Source of the DNA: the human T2T-CHM13v2.0 reference genome, Homo sapiens
Reading direction: 5' to 3' (one strand)
Length of the DNA: 64,000 nucleotides
Assembly: GCF_009914755.1 (NCBI RefSeq)
Contig: NC_060926.1
Part shown: piece by piece, positions 46,264 through 60,482 of the stretch
How the letters are laid out: every line of letters begins with the position of its first letter
Position numbering within the stretch: the first letter of the stretch is position 1
Notes under the pieces: model-generated
Database searches by the model: none
What the model was told of the DNA's origin: nothing
What the model saw: only the letters and a program-made list of their open reading frames with translations
Translations under genes and position numbers: made by a program

Positions 46264-47260
46264 GGTTTCTTTTCAGATTGTATAAGCCTTTCATGTTTTC
46301 TGATTATTCCTATTTATTTTTTGAGGATTTCTAATTTTTATTTGTTTTGAGTATATTAATTATTGCTGCGTGGAACATTTCTTTTTGTTGTTGTTTACTA
46401 TAGTTTCTTTAAAATATGTCTCATATAATTTCTAAGATCTCTATTATCTCTATGTTGGCTTAGAATGCCAAATAAATTTTAACAGAAACTTGAACAGGTT
46501 TGTATTACGTTTTAAACTTCTGATTGATTGTTATTATAATATTCTAGTTTAGTTGGCTTTCTCTGACATGACTCTGGCAGGGGAAGAGATGCAGCATCAC
46601 TTATTACTGTTCTATGGAGGAAGATATTCAGGTTCCCACTCAGCTTCTGTTGACCCCCCTGGAGACATGAGGCTTCTTGTTACAGGTGAGTAAGGATGGG
46701 AATTCCAGTTTCCCCATGTGATCTCCACTGATTCCATGGTGGGGTGGGCAGAACGTTGTTACTGGACAGTTGGGATGAAAGTTCCAACTCCCTACTTGGC
46801 ATTCTTGGACACCATCTATATAGGGATGTTGGAGTACCTTGTTACAGACTTGTAAGAGTCTGAGCTTCTCACTCAGCCTCCTTTACTGGTATAGGTGTTG
46901 GTGAGGTCATAGTTTTATCTGTGGTATTTTGCTGTAGCAGAGTAATTATGTAAAAGATTTTTGTATACTAGGCTTCCGTTTTCCTGATTCTTTGGCTAGA
47001 AAGAACAGGCTTTGATTGGGGCATTTTTGTCTGTGCTTGTTGGTTGTTTCCATGTTGCTGGATTCTTCAGCTCTAAGTGTGAAATATATGAGGCAAAAAA
47101 CAAAAACAAAAACCAAACACTAAAAATTTAGCCAACTCCTCACCATGTTGTTCTTTGGAACCCACGTTCTTGAGCTTGTCTGCCTTCTTTTCACCTTTCA
47201 GAGACTTCTTATTTTAATTTACTTCGTGGGAGGAATAGGAAAAGGGATGTCTACTTTATC
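46264..47260 (-). mobile_element. Ancient L1MC-like 5' region
   Basis: Repeated TTACTG...GGRTGGAAGTTCCAG..TCCCCAC modules; TCCTTTGGCTAGA, CTCACCATGTTGTTC motifs. Confidence 0.55.
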
Positions 47261-47951
47261 TTTGGCTTCCTTTTACTGTTATTTTAAACAAAGGGACTTT
47301 GGCTTATTTTCTTTTATGCAGCAATAGAGAATTGAAACACATACTAAATTATTTCTTGAGTGTTATAACCTTAACACTAAAGTATACAAGGATATTATGA
47401 AAAGGGAAAAATCAGGCTTATCTTATACTTACCCAGCCCCATCTTCCCAACTCTAAGGTAGCCAGGATTCTGGACCTCCCTCAGCTCTGGCTGTGAGAGG
47501 CATTATCCAAGCTTTCTTGGCCTGAGAAGACCAACATCTGACAGGATGTTTGTGGGCCCCATAACCCACAAGCACAGCGAGAAATATTGGACACACACTG
47601 CTCCATTGAAATTTCATGGGGCTATATCAACTGTGTGTCTAGGTGTACTGTTTCCTGCTGCATATTACGATCAAGGAGTCCATAGAGATTTGGTAGGAGT
47701 TAATCCCAGATGCTCAGTGTAGCCCAACAAGCTCAGGAATTGGAGAGCATTCCTGTGGCCATGAGGGCACACTTTCACAGAAAGTACATCAAGCTATGTC
47801 TTTACATATTTCTGATACTTCTGACATTTTTGAGGCAGCTGTACTATTTTGCAGTGTGACTAGCCTAACAGATATGTGCATTCTTCTCGTGAGAGCTTCA
47901 TCCTAATTTTAAAACACCTGACTTGGAAAAAAAAAAAAAAACTATGATTGG

Positions 47952-48322
47952 TATTATGGATTGAATTGTATTCCCCCGAAGTCCATATTTGGAAGCCCCA
48001 GCCCCCAATGTGATGATATTTGAACATATGGCCTTTCAGGAATAATTAGATTAAGGTAAGGTCATGAGGGTGCGGTCTTCATGATGGGATTGGTGCCCTT
48101 ATAACAGAGACACCAGAAAGCTTTATCTCTTTCTCCTTGGCACGAGGAAATAGAAAATGGCTGGCTGCAATTTAGGAAGGGATCCCTCACCAGAACCTGG
48201 ACATGTTGGCACCTGGATTACCCTGACTTTCAGGTTCCAGAATTGTAAGAAAAGAAATTTCTGTCGTTTTAGTCACCCAAACTATGGCATTTTTGTTATG
48301 GCAGTGTAAACTGACTAAGATA
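47952..48322 (+). mobile_element. MLT1A0-like solo LTR
   Basis: TATTATGGATTGAAT...CCCAATGTGATG...GGTGCCCTTATAA...GACTAAGATA; 5-bp TSD ATTGG. Confidence 0.88.
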
Positions 48323-49739
48323 ATTGGGTCATAATTTCATTTGTATTTCCACAAACTCAAAGCATGAATTTCATTTCCCTCTCAGTTTACCACGCTGGTT
48401 TTCTTGTTTAGCACCTGGACTACTGGAAGTGAGGCTCCACCATATACAGTGTTGGTGTGTCTAGTGAAGGAAGGGAGAGGGCAATGGATATCAAAAGAGA
48501 AAATCGACTACCAAAGATGAAAATATCCTTTAGCACGATGATCCATGAGTCTGGGGAATGTCAGCAGAGAGATTGGAACTATAGGCTGTTAAGTAATTCT
48601 TCTCAGACAGCAAATGAGGTCCAGCTAACAAAGTTATTATTTTGGCTGGACTAGACTAGAAGTAATCCTGAGAAGTTATATTGGTCACCCTCCCAGGCCA
48701 TCAAGGTACAGTAACAAGAAATTACGATTCAACTATTAAATCTATCTTTCTTTTACATTTTATGTTTTGCAAATTCTTCCTCTCTGATTTTTGGCTAACC
48801 AGAGAGAATGACATTTTCTAATGATCCAAAATTCCACTTAAACATGGTAAAATTTAAGCACTTTTTAGGATCCTGAAAGGGAATTTCACAGAGATGTTTA
48901 CTGACCTTTTAGATAATGAGGCCACATGAAAAGGAAGAACTCAGACTGTCCTCAGAATAAATAAAAAGAAGTCCTAAATGCAAGATGGTTGTTCCACCCT
49001 ATTTCTGACAGAAAAGAAGTCATCTCCCTGGCAGAGATACACTTGGATGAGAAATATGATGTACAACATGCAACTTGGATGAGATATAAACCTACAATCT
49101 TCAAAAATTACAACTTTTAAGCTTCTATGTGCACTTCATTTTCCAAACACAGTTCTCTTTCTAGTTATGTGTCCAGCTATAAATGAACAAAAATTAACTT
49201 ACAGGTTATACAAAGATCTTTCAAAGCTCAATTGAATTACTGGTTGCTACAAAAGTTGCTGGAAGACAGTACATGCTAAAACTGATGTTTGCATAGGTTT
49301 CTCAGTTTCTTAATTACCAATTTAGTTCAGGGAACAGGATGAACAGACTGACATGTTCAAATGGGCAAGGTATTAGAGGAAACATGTTTTGAGTTGGATT
49401 CTGTAGAAGGAAAAGAGCCACCACACCACATCTAAATACTTATTCCTGTTGTATGCAAACATGAGGCATACCATTTTTTGTTTAGTACATGTTTGGATAC
49501 TGTCCCTTTACCACAAACACACACACAAACATACGAATTATCATGAAAGATTTAACTTTCATTCAGTTAATAATCAAATAGTTAAACCTTCACAAAAGGC
49601 ATGGGAGTCTATCCAGACTATGTTGCTTAAAGATGAATAATTTAAATTTACCTTAACTGTTATACATATATAATGAAACACTATGCAGCAGTTACAAAGC
49701 ATGTTCATAGAAGAATATTTGGATACCTGAGAAAGTGTC

Positions 49740-50060
49740 TGTAGCAGAGACACGGAGCTCGCTAATCATTCTATCTGCTTTTCCACCTTCCAGAACCACA
49801 TGCAGGGGCACATGACCAATTCTGGATAATGAAATATGAACAGAACTTATTTGTATCATTCCCAGACTAACACAGAGAAAAATTTAAAAAACTCTTTTTA
49901 TCTCTTCTTTTGCCCCTTTCACTTGATGAGATCACTAAAAGGTGATGGGGATTTCATTAGCCTGGTTCTCTGAGTGGTACAGTTTAGAGTGAGTGAGAAA
50001 TAACATTTGTGGTATGGCACAGAGGGATTAGGCACCTTGCCTAAGTTCATGGTTAGAAAG
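49740..50060 (+). mobile_element. Old MaLR LTR (MLT1I/J-like)
   Basis: TGTAGCAGAGACA start; GGGCACATGACCAATTCTGG..AATGAAAT; GAGTGAGAAATAAC. Confidence 0.55.
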
Positions 50061-50582
50061 CAGCTGCAGTCTACCATGATCTCTCTCTCATCTCATAGCA
50101 TGCACCCTCCACATTTCTCCAATTTTGATATTTTTTATTATGACTATAAACTCATTCTCTTTAGTGTCCTGAATACTTCAAAGAGAGGTTAGTGATTTCT
50201 TTTAAGGACCCTTGGCAAAATAAAAAATAAAAAAATCTTCAGTAGCCAAATTAGTTCATAAACATAGCACATAATTTTAGTTGTTTAAGAAATTTTAGGC
50301 AAATAAATGAAAATGTGTTACCCATCCAGTCTCTCATCTTGGAAATAGCTTAACCACAAAATAAAACTGTACATGGAATTCATGTCAACAGAGTCTCTTT
50401 TAAAGTAGTATTAACGTATTTTGATCCTTGAACTCCACATTTCTTAGAGGTATGTCTGAGTGGTACTGAACATCTGGGACAAGGGAGATGTGTGTAGCAA
50501 TGGAAATGAAAAATTTAAGTACTCTTAGAGATTTTCACTTAGTTCAAGCATGGCCTCACATTACACTCTTAATTATCTACAA

Positions 50583-50838
50583 CAGCATTTCCCAAAATAT
50601 TTCATAAAATCCTAATTATACAGAATGGTTGTAAGGTGCTTTTGGGGAAAAAGAAGTTTTATCTGTGATAATATAAAAATTCCTTTACTGAGAAGGGTTC
50701 TCAAACTTTTTAAGTGCATTTTGACTCTATAAGAGTGGGACTTAGGATATAATGTTCATCCGAAGTACTGATTACAGACCTTTTTCCTTCTAAGTCACAT
50801 CACTGGGCTCTCTCCCTGTCACACACAGGGAAGTGCTG
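50583..50838. mobile_element. hAT-Charlie MITE-like element (MER112-like)
   Basis: Terminal inverted repeats CAGCATTTCCC ... GGGAAGTGCTG. Confidence 0.5.
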
Positions 50839-51679
50839 ATCCATGTTCTTCTATCAAAGCAATTTGCTTTTCTGTATGTGGTCTTATCTTGAATCCAAGT
50901 TCAAGTGACCTGCCTTATATCCCTTATAACCCTCAAGACTGAGACTCCTAATTTCTCACTTCGATCTTCCATTCTGTTGGTCTCAGTGGTCCTCAGTGAA
51001 AAACTCACAAGCTCAGTATATTTTGCAGCTCCTGTGTGTACTTTTAATGATCAGAGTGGAGACATCCTCTTCAACCTTCTCAATAAGGAAATGTTCTGTG
51101 AGTTTGGTTGGATAAAAACAGTTCTTGAGCTAGTGATACATAGCTACCCCATTCCCAATGTTTACTGGAAATAGATGCCCCTTTTAGGTTTCGGAAAGGG
51201 AGAGGAAAACATTTAACCTCATGTTTTTGTTTGTTTGTTTGTTTGTTTTTTCTGAATGTGTTCCATCTCTGATGGCTATTTCTCCCGTTCCAGATAAACT
51301 CATAGACTCAATGTCTCTGTTATCAGTTTCATGTTACAACTACTTTTTTTGGGTGTAGATGAAAGTTCAAAAATAAAACAGGGAAGTTCTGCTCATGAAT
51401 TGTGGCATTGCAACACAATATAACTATCCAAGCTTCAAGACAATTCAGGCTAGAGATGTATTTTCTTGTTGACATTAGAGGTGGGAGAGGGGAAGAGGAG
51501 GTGGGGGATAGTTAAGGAAAAAATGTGAGATGACACAAACATTTACTTTACCGGGAATTTCAGCTGGCAGCAAACATTTGCACTTTAGAGTACTGTAATA
51601 CCCTTGCAAAAATTGGATCAATCACTCCCATTTTCTTACTTAATGTTTAAAATATGGTGACAGAATTATTTAGGGCTTC

Positions 51680-52730
51680 CAAAAGCTTCTTAAGCTGATA
51701 AACAACTTCAACAAAGTCTCAGGATACAACATCAATGAGCAAAAATCACTAGCATTCCTGTACATCAATAACAGTCAAGCTGAGGGCAAAATCAGGAACA
51801 AACTCGCATTCACAATTGCCATAAAAAGAATAAAATACCTAAGAATATAGCTATCAGGAGGTAAAATACCACTACAAGAAAAACTACAAACCACTCCTCA
51901 AATAAATCAGAGATGATACAAATAAATGGAAAAACATTCCATGCTCATGGATAGGAAAAATCAATATTATTAAAATGGCCATACTGCCCAAAGCAACGTA
52001 TAGATTCAGTGATATTCCTTTTAAACCACCAATAACATTCTTCACAGAACGAGAAAATACTATTTTAAAATTCATATGGAACCAAAAAGAGCCCAAATAG
52101 CCAAGGCAATCCTAAGCAAAAAGAACAAAACTGGAGGCATCCACTTAACTTCAAACTGTACTACAGGGCTACAGTTTACATGTACAGCATGGTGCTGGTA
52201 CAAAAATAGACACATAGGCCAATGGAACAGAATAGAGAACCCCAAAATAAGACCACCCACCTACAACTATCTGATCTTCAACAAACCTGACAGAAACAAG
52301 CAATGGGAAAAGGATTCCCTATTCAGTAAATGGTGCTAGGATAATTGGCTAGCCATATGCAGAAGATTAAAACTGGACCCCTTCTTTATACCATATATAA
52401 AAATTAACTCAAGATAGATTAAAGACTTAAATGTAAAACCCAAAATTATAAAAACCCTGGAAGACAACCTAGGCAATACCATTCAGAACACAAGTGAGAG
52501 CTAAAAGATGAGAACACATGGACACATAGAGGGGAACAACACACACTGGGGGCTATAGAAAGGTGCAGGGTGGGAGGAGGGAAAGAATCAGGAAAAATAA
52601 CTAATGGGTTCTAGGCTGAATACCTGGGTGATGAAATAATCTGTACAACATGTCCCCATGATACAAGTTTACCTAAATAACAAACCTGCATATGTACCCC
52701 AAACTTAAAAGTTAAAAAAAATTAAAAAAC
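51680..52730 (+). mobile_element. 5'-truncated L1 (about L1PA13-15) with a large internal deletion at ~52490
   Basis: Perfect 16-bp TSD AATTATTTAGGGCTTC (51664, 52731); ORF2 joined directly to the ORF2-end/3'UTR. Confidence 0.92.
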
Positions 52731-53392
52731 AATTATTTAGGGCTTCAACAGTAGTTATCAATTACTCGTTTTCCACACACCACCACCACAGTCACACATA
52801 CACACTCAAATTCCTTATGGATAAGAAAACTGAACCACTGAGTAGCAGAACAGGTATCTTTGATCACCACTACTTTATGGAAAATCAATAAGAATTTATT
52901 TTAGAGACAAGCTTATGAGCTGCTCAGGACATAAAAAGGCAATTCAGTTTGTTTCAGGAGTCCAACTAGTATTTATTTTGTTTTTTTCTCAAGACGGTCT
53001 CTGTTTTGATACCAGTTAATATTAAGACCCCAAGAAGGAACTTTTCTACTTTAGCCTGAGCTAAACTATGTCTTATAGACCCATAAATTGTACATATATA
53101 TAAAGTGTAACAAATCACAAAAGTCTAATAAATGCATATTCTTTGATATTTTAAGTAAATACCATTTTGGTGTTTTAGTTCAAAGGCAAAGTTGGTAAGC
53201 CTTCAGGTGCTGCACTGGCATTAGATTATAACACTTTCAGACCTAACAGATTTGATAAAAATGCAGATATTGCTATGAAATCTCTCACAGAGTTAAGAGA
53301 TCCGTCACTCTCATTGCTTTCTTCCATTGGCACCATAAGTGCGAAGCCCCCACATGCAATGAAAAGCAAGGGGAAGTCTCCATATGAGAGTC

Positions 53393-55683
53393 TCTTATCT
53401 TGATTTGTAACTCCCACAGTTCCCACACATTGTGGGAGGAATCTGGTGGGAGGTGATTGAATTATTGGGGCAAGTCTTTTCTGCGGTGTTCTCACGATAG
53501 TGAATGAGTCTGACGAGATCTGACAGTTTTAAAAACTGGAGTTTCTCCGCACAAGCTCTCTCTTTGCCTGCCGCCATTCACATAAGATGTGACTTGTTCC
53601 TACTTGCCTTCCACCAGGATTGTGAGGCCTCCCTACCCATGTGGAACTGTGAGTCCTTTACCTCTTTCTTTTATAAATTGCCCAGTCTTGGGTATGACTT
53701 TATCAGTAGTGTGAAAATGGACTAATACAGTAATTTGGTACCAGTAGAGTGGGGCACTGCTGAAAAGATACCTGTAAATGTGGAAGCGACTTTGGAACTG
53801 GGTAACAGGCAGAGGTTGAAACAGTTTAGAGGGCTCAGAAGAAGATAGGAAAATGTGGAAAAGTTTGGAAATTCCTAGAGACTTGTTGAACTGCTTTGCC
53901 CAAAGTGCTGATAGCAATATGAACAATAAAGTCCAGGCTAAGGTGGCCTCAGATGGAAATGAGGAACTTGTTGGGAACTGGAGCAAAAGTGACTCTTGTT
54001 ATGTTTTAGCAAAGAGACTGGTGGCATTTTGCCGCTGTCCTAGAGATTTGTGGAACTTTGAACTTGAGGGAGATGATTTAGGGTATCTAGCAGAAGAAAT
54101 TTTGAAGTAGCAAAGCATTCAAGTGGTGACTTGGGTGCTGTTAAGGGCATTCAGTTTTATAAGGGAAGCAGAGCATAAAAGTTGATAAAATTTATAGCTG
54201 GACAATGTGATAGAAAAGAAAATCCTATTTTCTGAGGAGAAATTCAAGCTGGCTGCACAAATTTTCACAAGTAACAAGGAGCCAAATGTTAATCCCCAAG
54301 ACAATGGGGAAAATGTGTCCAGGGCATGTCAGAGGTCTTCACAGCAGCCCATCCCATCATAGGCCTGGAGGCCTCCTGGAGGCCTAGGAGGAAAAAGTTG
54401 TTTTGTGGGCTGGGCCCAGTGTCCCTGTGCTGTGTGCAGCCTAGGGACTTGGTGCCCTGCGTCCCAGCCACTCCAGCCATGGCTGAAAGGGGCCAATGTA
54501 AAGCCCAGGCCATGGCTTCAGAGGGTGCAAACCTCAAGCCTTGGCAGCCTCCATGTGGTGTTGAGCCTGCCGTACACAGAATTCAAGAATTGGGGTTTGG
54601 GACTCTCTGCCTAGATTTCAGAGGATGTATGGAAATGCCTGGATGTCTAGGCAGAAATTTGCTTCAAGGGCAGGGCTCTCATGGAGAACCTCTGCTAGGG
54701 CAGTGAGGAAGGGAAATGTGGGGTCGGAGCTGCCACACAGAGCCCCTACTGGGGCATTGCCTAGTGGAGCTGTGAGAAGAGGACCACCATTCTCCAGACC
54801 CCAGAATGGTAGATCCACTGACAGCTTTCACCGTGTACCTGGAAAAGTCACACACACTTTATGCCAGCCCATGAAAGCAGCCAGGAGGGAGGCTGCACCC
54901 TGCAAAGCCACAGGGGCAGAGCTGCCCAAGACCATGGAAACCCACCTCTTGCATCAGCATGACCTGGATGTGAGACGTGGAATCAAAGGAGATCATTTTG
55001 GGGATGTAAGATTTGACTGCCCCACTGGATTTCAGACTTGCATGAGGCCTGTAGCCCCTTCATTCTGGCCAATTTCTCCCATTTGGAATGGCTGTATTTA
55101 CCCAATGCCTGTACCTCCACCGTATCTGGGAAGAAACTAACTTGCTTTTGATTTTACAGGCCCATAGGTGGAAGAGACTTGGCTTTTCTCAGATGAGATG
55201 TTGGACTGAGGACTTTTGCATTAATGCTGAATTAAGTTAAGACTTTGAGGGACTGTTGGGAAGGCATGATTGGTTTTGAAATGTGAGGGCATGAGATTTG
55301 GAGGGGCCGGGGTGAAATGATATGGTTTTCCTGCGTCCCCACCCAAATCACATCTTGAATTGTAACTCCCACAATTCCTACATGTTGTGGGAAGAATCTA
55401 GTGGGAGATGATTGAATTATGGGGGCAGGTCTTTCCTGTGCTGTTCTCCTGATAGCGAATCAGTCTCATCAGATCCATTGGTTTTAAAAACAGGAATTTC
55501 TCTGCACAAGCTCTCTGCCTGCTGCCATCCATGTAAGATGTGATTTGCTCCTACTTGCCTTCTGTCATGATTGTGAGGCCTCCCCAGCCACATGGAACTG
55601 TGATTCCAGTTAAACCTCTTTCTTTTGTAAATTGCCCAGTCTGGGGTATGTCTTTATCAGCAGCATGAAAATGGACTAATAAA
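53393..55683 (+). mobile_element. THE1B-like MaLR with internal sequence: 5' LTR to 53729 (first ~30 bp missing), internal 53730-55317, 3' LTR 55318-55683
   Basis: Two similar LTRs flank THE1 internal sequence; GTAATTTGGTACC junction; purine tract before TGATATGG. Confidence 0.92.
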
Positions 55684-57208
55684 CCACATTTCTGTATAAC
55701 TTTGTTACTGCCACAACATATGGATGGGTCTAACATTTTCCTGGGTCATATTCTGATATTTGATAGGGTTTTAAACCAGAAAGGTTGTAGGTTTCACTCA
55801 CCCACACTAACTAATGAAAGACAGGGACCCAGCCTTGTTTTCTCTGCAATCTGGAGCCCTGGCTTCATTAGATATGCTGCTTGCATGATACTGGCATAAA
55901 AGAACGCAGACATTTAAAAAAATTCGAATAATTGCAGCAGGATATTCAAGCTTGAAGAGAAAGTTTATACCATAGGAAAACTAAAATAAAATAGAAAATA
56001 AATGTGCTCTGCTGAACTTATTTTTGGTTTGTTTTTTCCTTTGACTTACAGTTCAGAAAGCCAGACTAATGGCATCTGTTTTGAGAAACAGCTTATTAGT
56101 AAAATGAAAACTCCTGTCAACTGTAAAGATAACCATACATGGGCACTTTGACACAAACAGATGCTATGCACACTTTAGTATTTGAATCATCAAGATGGTG
56201 TTGAGGCATGAGCTATTTTTTTTTCACTAATTGGTTCCTGCCTTTATCTTTTTTTTGAAGAAGGATCAAATAAAGATATCCATCCTACTCTATGAAATCA
56301 AAATTAACCCTAACTAACTTGATTCCAGCACACATTTGCTACTGGGCACTAATTGTATGAACCAGAAATTTGTCTCCAAAGTGTCAGAATATTAATAAAT
56401 GTATTTTATTCTCTTATTAGGAAATGATAAACCATGTGAGATGAACTAACTCTTCCAAAGCCCCATAATACCATTCAGAAATGATCTCTTACAAGATTAA
56501 TATATGTTAATTTATCCCGATCATTGTCTATGAAAATATGCCTAACAATTAAGCAAGGATACTCTTAGCATGCATACTTCTTAAATGTTTCATCCAAGGT
56601 CAGCTACGTTTGCTCCCTTGATATGCTAAAATTTTGGAATGAATATAGAAAATAGCAGGCAATTTCTTAAACTCCCGTGCTCTGACCTCAAGGTTCAGAG
56701 GACTTTGTAGGTTAAGAAAGAGAGTAGTCTCAATTATAGCAGAACTTGGCCCTCTAGTAAAGAAAATGCAACAATATCCCAAAAGACTAATACAGAAAGG
56801 GAAAGTTGTACGGTAGTATATTGCAAAATAGATTTGTGGTTTTTAGTAGTTTAGTATGTTATGGAAAAATCAGACAGCATAGACTAGCTTGTTTTTTCTC
56901 TAAGAATCCTTTTATGTTTGAACAAGAATGCATTGTTTTCTCACAATGAATTCCTAGAACACTAGAGATTCTGCAAAACTGAAAAATCTATCATCTACAG
57001 CAAGGGAACTCTACCAGTGAAATACTGTGGCAACATCAACAGGTCTGTGGAAAGGTGCCACTGATGTGCCCAGTGTGCATTAGTGCTGCAAAATGTGGTA
57101 TTGGGAAATGTTAGGATGTAGAGAATGGGTCTTTTCTCCAACTCATGCACCCTGCCTAACATCAACTGGCAATGCAGGGCCCCAAAAGGGACATTAATGC
57201 ACTCGATT

Positions 57209-57980
57209 GAGGGATAGATCCAGGTTTTATGGCTATAGAAGCTTATGCACTCTAGGGACACTCCCTAATGAAAGAGGATCTAAAATCAGAAGCACAGAAT
57301 CAGATACAAAATGAACACTTATTCATAATAAAATGAATCAATAAAAATTAAATATTTCAAAACTGACATATATCACAAATATAACATTTGAATAAATAAT
57401 ATATCCTTATTAATTAACTTCCTAACTCAATCTATAACATCTTTTTACTCTTCATCTTTTGGTTGCATATTTTTTATGCTATTGTAATATGTCAATGATT
57501 CCATGTTTTCATTTTCCAGAGAGAAAGTTAATTCTGTCTTTAACATGGCAGTTCTGTCTTGATCCTTGTTTATTTCCAACTTTGTTTCTTTTCAATCATC
57601 CACACACTCCCAGGCCTGGGTGCCAGAGGACACACTCATATTGCAAGATGACCTGGGGCCCTGTACCTTCATGCCTCAGGAGAGTTGGCATAGATGGTGT
57701 AGGCATTTTCCTGGAAGCCTTTTCTGCTTTGACACTGCTAGCATTAACTTCACTGTTGTGGAAGGAACAAACCACATAAGCATATTCCACTTAATCCAAA
57801 CAAAATGTAATCACGTCTCCTTTTCCTTTAACTGAATGTCAGAAAGCCTGTGACTACTCCAACCAACCAACCTAAGGTTTTAACCAATTGCAGAAAAAAA
57901 AAAAACATGTTAAAAATGTTTACAGAAATGTATGACCACATGATCACTTCATTAATTTCATTAACTTAATGCTGAGTCTT
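57209..57980 (+). mobile_element. hAT-Tip100 DNA transposon remnant (MER115-like)
   Basis: GAGGGATAGATCCAGGTTTTATGG...GAAGCTTATGCA start resembles the recalled MER115 terminus; right end uncertain. Confidence 0.45.
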
Positions 57981-59204
57981 CCTTGGTGTCTCCACATTTT
58001 GTGTTTGGCTTCTTGGTCCATGATTCTCTTAGGAATATTTTACCAGTACAGAAGTCCAATGCCATTTAAAAAAATACTTTTCTTTATTAATTCATTTATG
58101 TTTTGTTAATTGCATTTTAAAAAGTTACTTCTTTCACTTCTGTTAGAATCCACTGCTCTAACTGTTCCTGTTTTCAACAGAATTTCTGCTATAATAAATT
58201 TCCTAGAGATTCACTGTGGAACAGTAGTCTCTGTTTCTATCATTTAACTCATGATAAAGTAATAAAACAATTTGAAGCTGCTGGCTTAAGGTGGAGCATG
58301 CAGTATCTACTATTTCCTATACCACAGATGAAGTTTCAAAAACATCTAAAGATAGAATTTTTGTCAAATGCATTTTCTCCCCCTCCTTTTGACAACCTTC
58401 TCTTTCCTAACCTTCCTTCCACCACCGACCTCTCCTTCACTCTGCAATCTTTTAGTCAGGAGCTCACTTCTCACCATCCTTCACTCAGAGACATTTGCAT
58501 TATGAATGTGATTGCACCTACTCCAAAAGAAGAGAATAAACTGCTGATCAAGCAAATGAGGGATTATTACGACTGCACTGAGACCACCACCATGACAGAG
58601 TCCAGGCAGAGTCTCAGGTGGGGGGCATTCAGAATAGGTATTTATGAGGTTTGGATGTCTGGGCTCAAGTATTAAAGATTGGTTTCAGTGTGGGAATCTT
58701 ATGGAATTAGGCACAACTTGCCACAAGAAATAAGCCAGGCCAGAAATTTGTTTTTCAGATCAGACCAGGTTCCAGTTCAGCTGCTCACCCTCCTTTTCCT
58801 GGAGGCCCTTGGCAGACTTTATTTCTCTTCATTCCCTTCCCTGATCAGCTCATTATGTTTCTGGGAGGAAAAATACATAGTGCTAGCATAGATTACATTT
58901 TGTAAGTGAATGCTAAAACCCTAAAAATATTTTCGTGTGAGTGTATTTTATAAACTGTAAAATAATTTAATAATGAATTTAAAGTGGGTCTGCAAAACAA
59001 AAAATTCTATCTATCTGCCATAGCCATTATCAGAATTCAAAGAACCGAAATTTTCAGTTCTAAGAATTTTTTTATTTTGTTAGATAGTGGTGGCTGTTCA
59101 TTAAGTAAAGACAAACATGGTATTTTGTTTTAAATTTGTCCTTTCAAAATTATATATCCTGCCATAATTTTCAAGTAAAATATTTTAAATAAGAATAAGA
59201 CAAA

Positions 59205-59730
59205 ATAACATTTATTGAACACTTATGATATGCCAGAACATACTCATGGTGTTTTCACATTTCTCATTATCTTCATGGTATGGTTTGGCTGTGTCCCCAC
59301 CCAAATTTCATCTTGAATTGTAGCTCCTATAATCCCCACATATCATGGGAGGGACCCAGTGGGTGGTAATTGAATCATGGGGGTGGGTTTTTTCCCATGC
59401 TGCTCTTGTGATATTAAATGAGTCTCAAAAGATATGATGGTTTTATAAAGGGTGGTGCCCTCGTCTTGCCTGCTACCATGTAAGATGTGCCTTTGTTCCT
59501 GCTTTGCCTTCTGTCATGATTGTGAGGTCTCCCCAGCCATGTGGAACTGTGAGTCCATTAAACCTCTTTTTCTTTATAAATTATCTAGTCTTGGGTATCT
59601 CTTCATAGCAGTATGAAAATGGACTAATATACTATATATCAGTGATGAGAGAACTGACACTCAAAGAGCTTAAGGAAATTCCTCAGGGTCAAACAGATGT
59701 TTTCATAACCAGTGCTTTTTACACTACAGC
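59205..59730 (-). mobile_element. MIR interrupted by a THE1 LTR
   Basis: TAACATTTATTGAACACTTA...TGCCAG before the LTR and GATGAGAGAACTGACACTCAAAGAG after it. Confidence 0.65.
59276..59631 (+). mobile_element. THE1C/D-like solo LTR
   Basis: TGGTATGGTTTGGCTGTGTCCCCACCCAAAT...GAAAATGGACTAATATA. Confidence 0.92.
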
Positions 59731-59894
59731 ATGCCAAACAAAAATTTGTAAAGCTCTTTACTATAGTAAGGTGTACAGCCTTCAATTACTAGGTTAATAG
59801 GGCAATTGACTTCAATAATGAAAGGAAAAGAATTCCCCTATATTGTTGAACATGCATTTTGAACTAGTTTCTATCAAGCATGCAATAGCTGTTT

Positions 59895-59992
59895 CTCTCC
59901 ATATTACAGATAAGGAAACTAAGATTTGGGGAAGTCAAGCAATATGGCCACGATATATAGTTGTTTATGGAAAAGACAGGCTTTAAATCCAC
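59895..59992 (-). mobile_element. MIR core fragment
   Basis: CCATATTACAGATAAGGAAACTAAG. Confidence 0.7.
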
Positions 59993-60482
59993 CTTTTCAT
60001 GACTTAAATTTTCAATAAACTGGAGAAAACTGCAAATACTTAAGTTAAAAGAACCAAAACTGCAATTCAGAGATTGCTGTTGGACCTCAAATACTAGCAA
60101 CTTGGTAAGGCTTTATATTATTTATGCATAAACTGCAAAGCCCATCAAAACAATTAATGAGAAAGACAAGAGACAAGCACATGTAAGTATGTAGCCTGGG
60201 GAGCTTTGGGGTTGCTTCCTTCTCTACTAATAAGTGCTCAGAGAGCAGTGTGAATCCTAGGGACTCCTGAGCTTAGAAATGTCCCACTGCTTTCATCAGC
60301 ACAGATGTAATCCATTAAAGTAGTACCCTGCTGATGAATCCATTCTCTTCTCAGCATTCTTCTCCACCTGTTAATTTTTCACAAAATCAGGTCTTTTTTT
60401 AGCATAAGATTAATTTTAAAAGAACTTCCCAGGTTTTGTTTTCTTAAACTGTGTTAATTAGTCCTGCTTTAAGCAGCCTAAC

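Noticed and set aside
54625-55140. 171-aa ORF
   Set aside because: Lies inside THE1 internal sequence; a typical MaLR ORF remnant with no evidence of host function
58298-58675. 125-aa ATG-initiated ORF
   Set aside because: No recognisable domain; spans low-complexity and probable LTR-derived sequence
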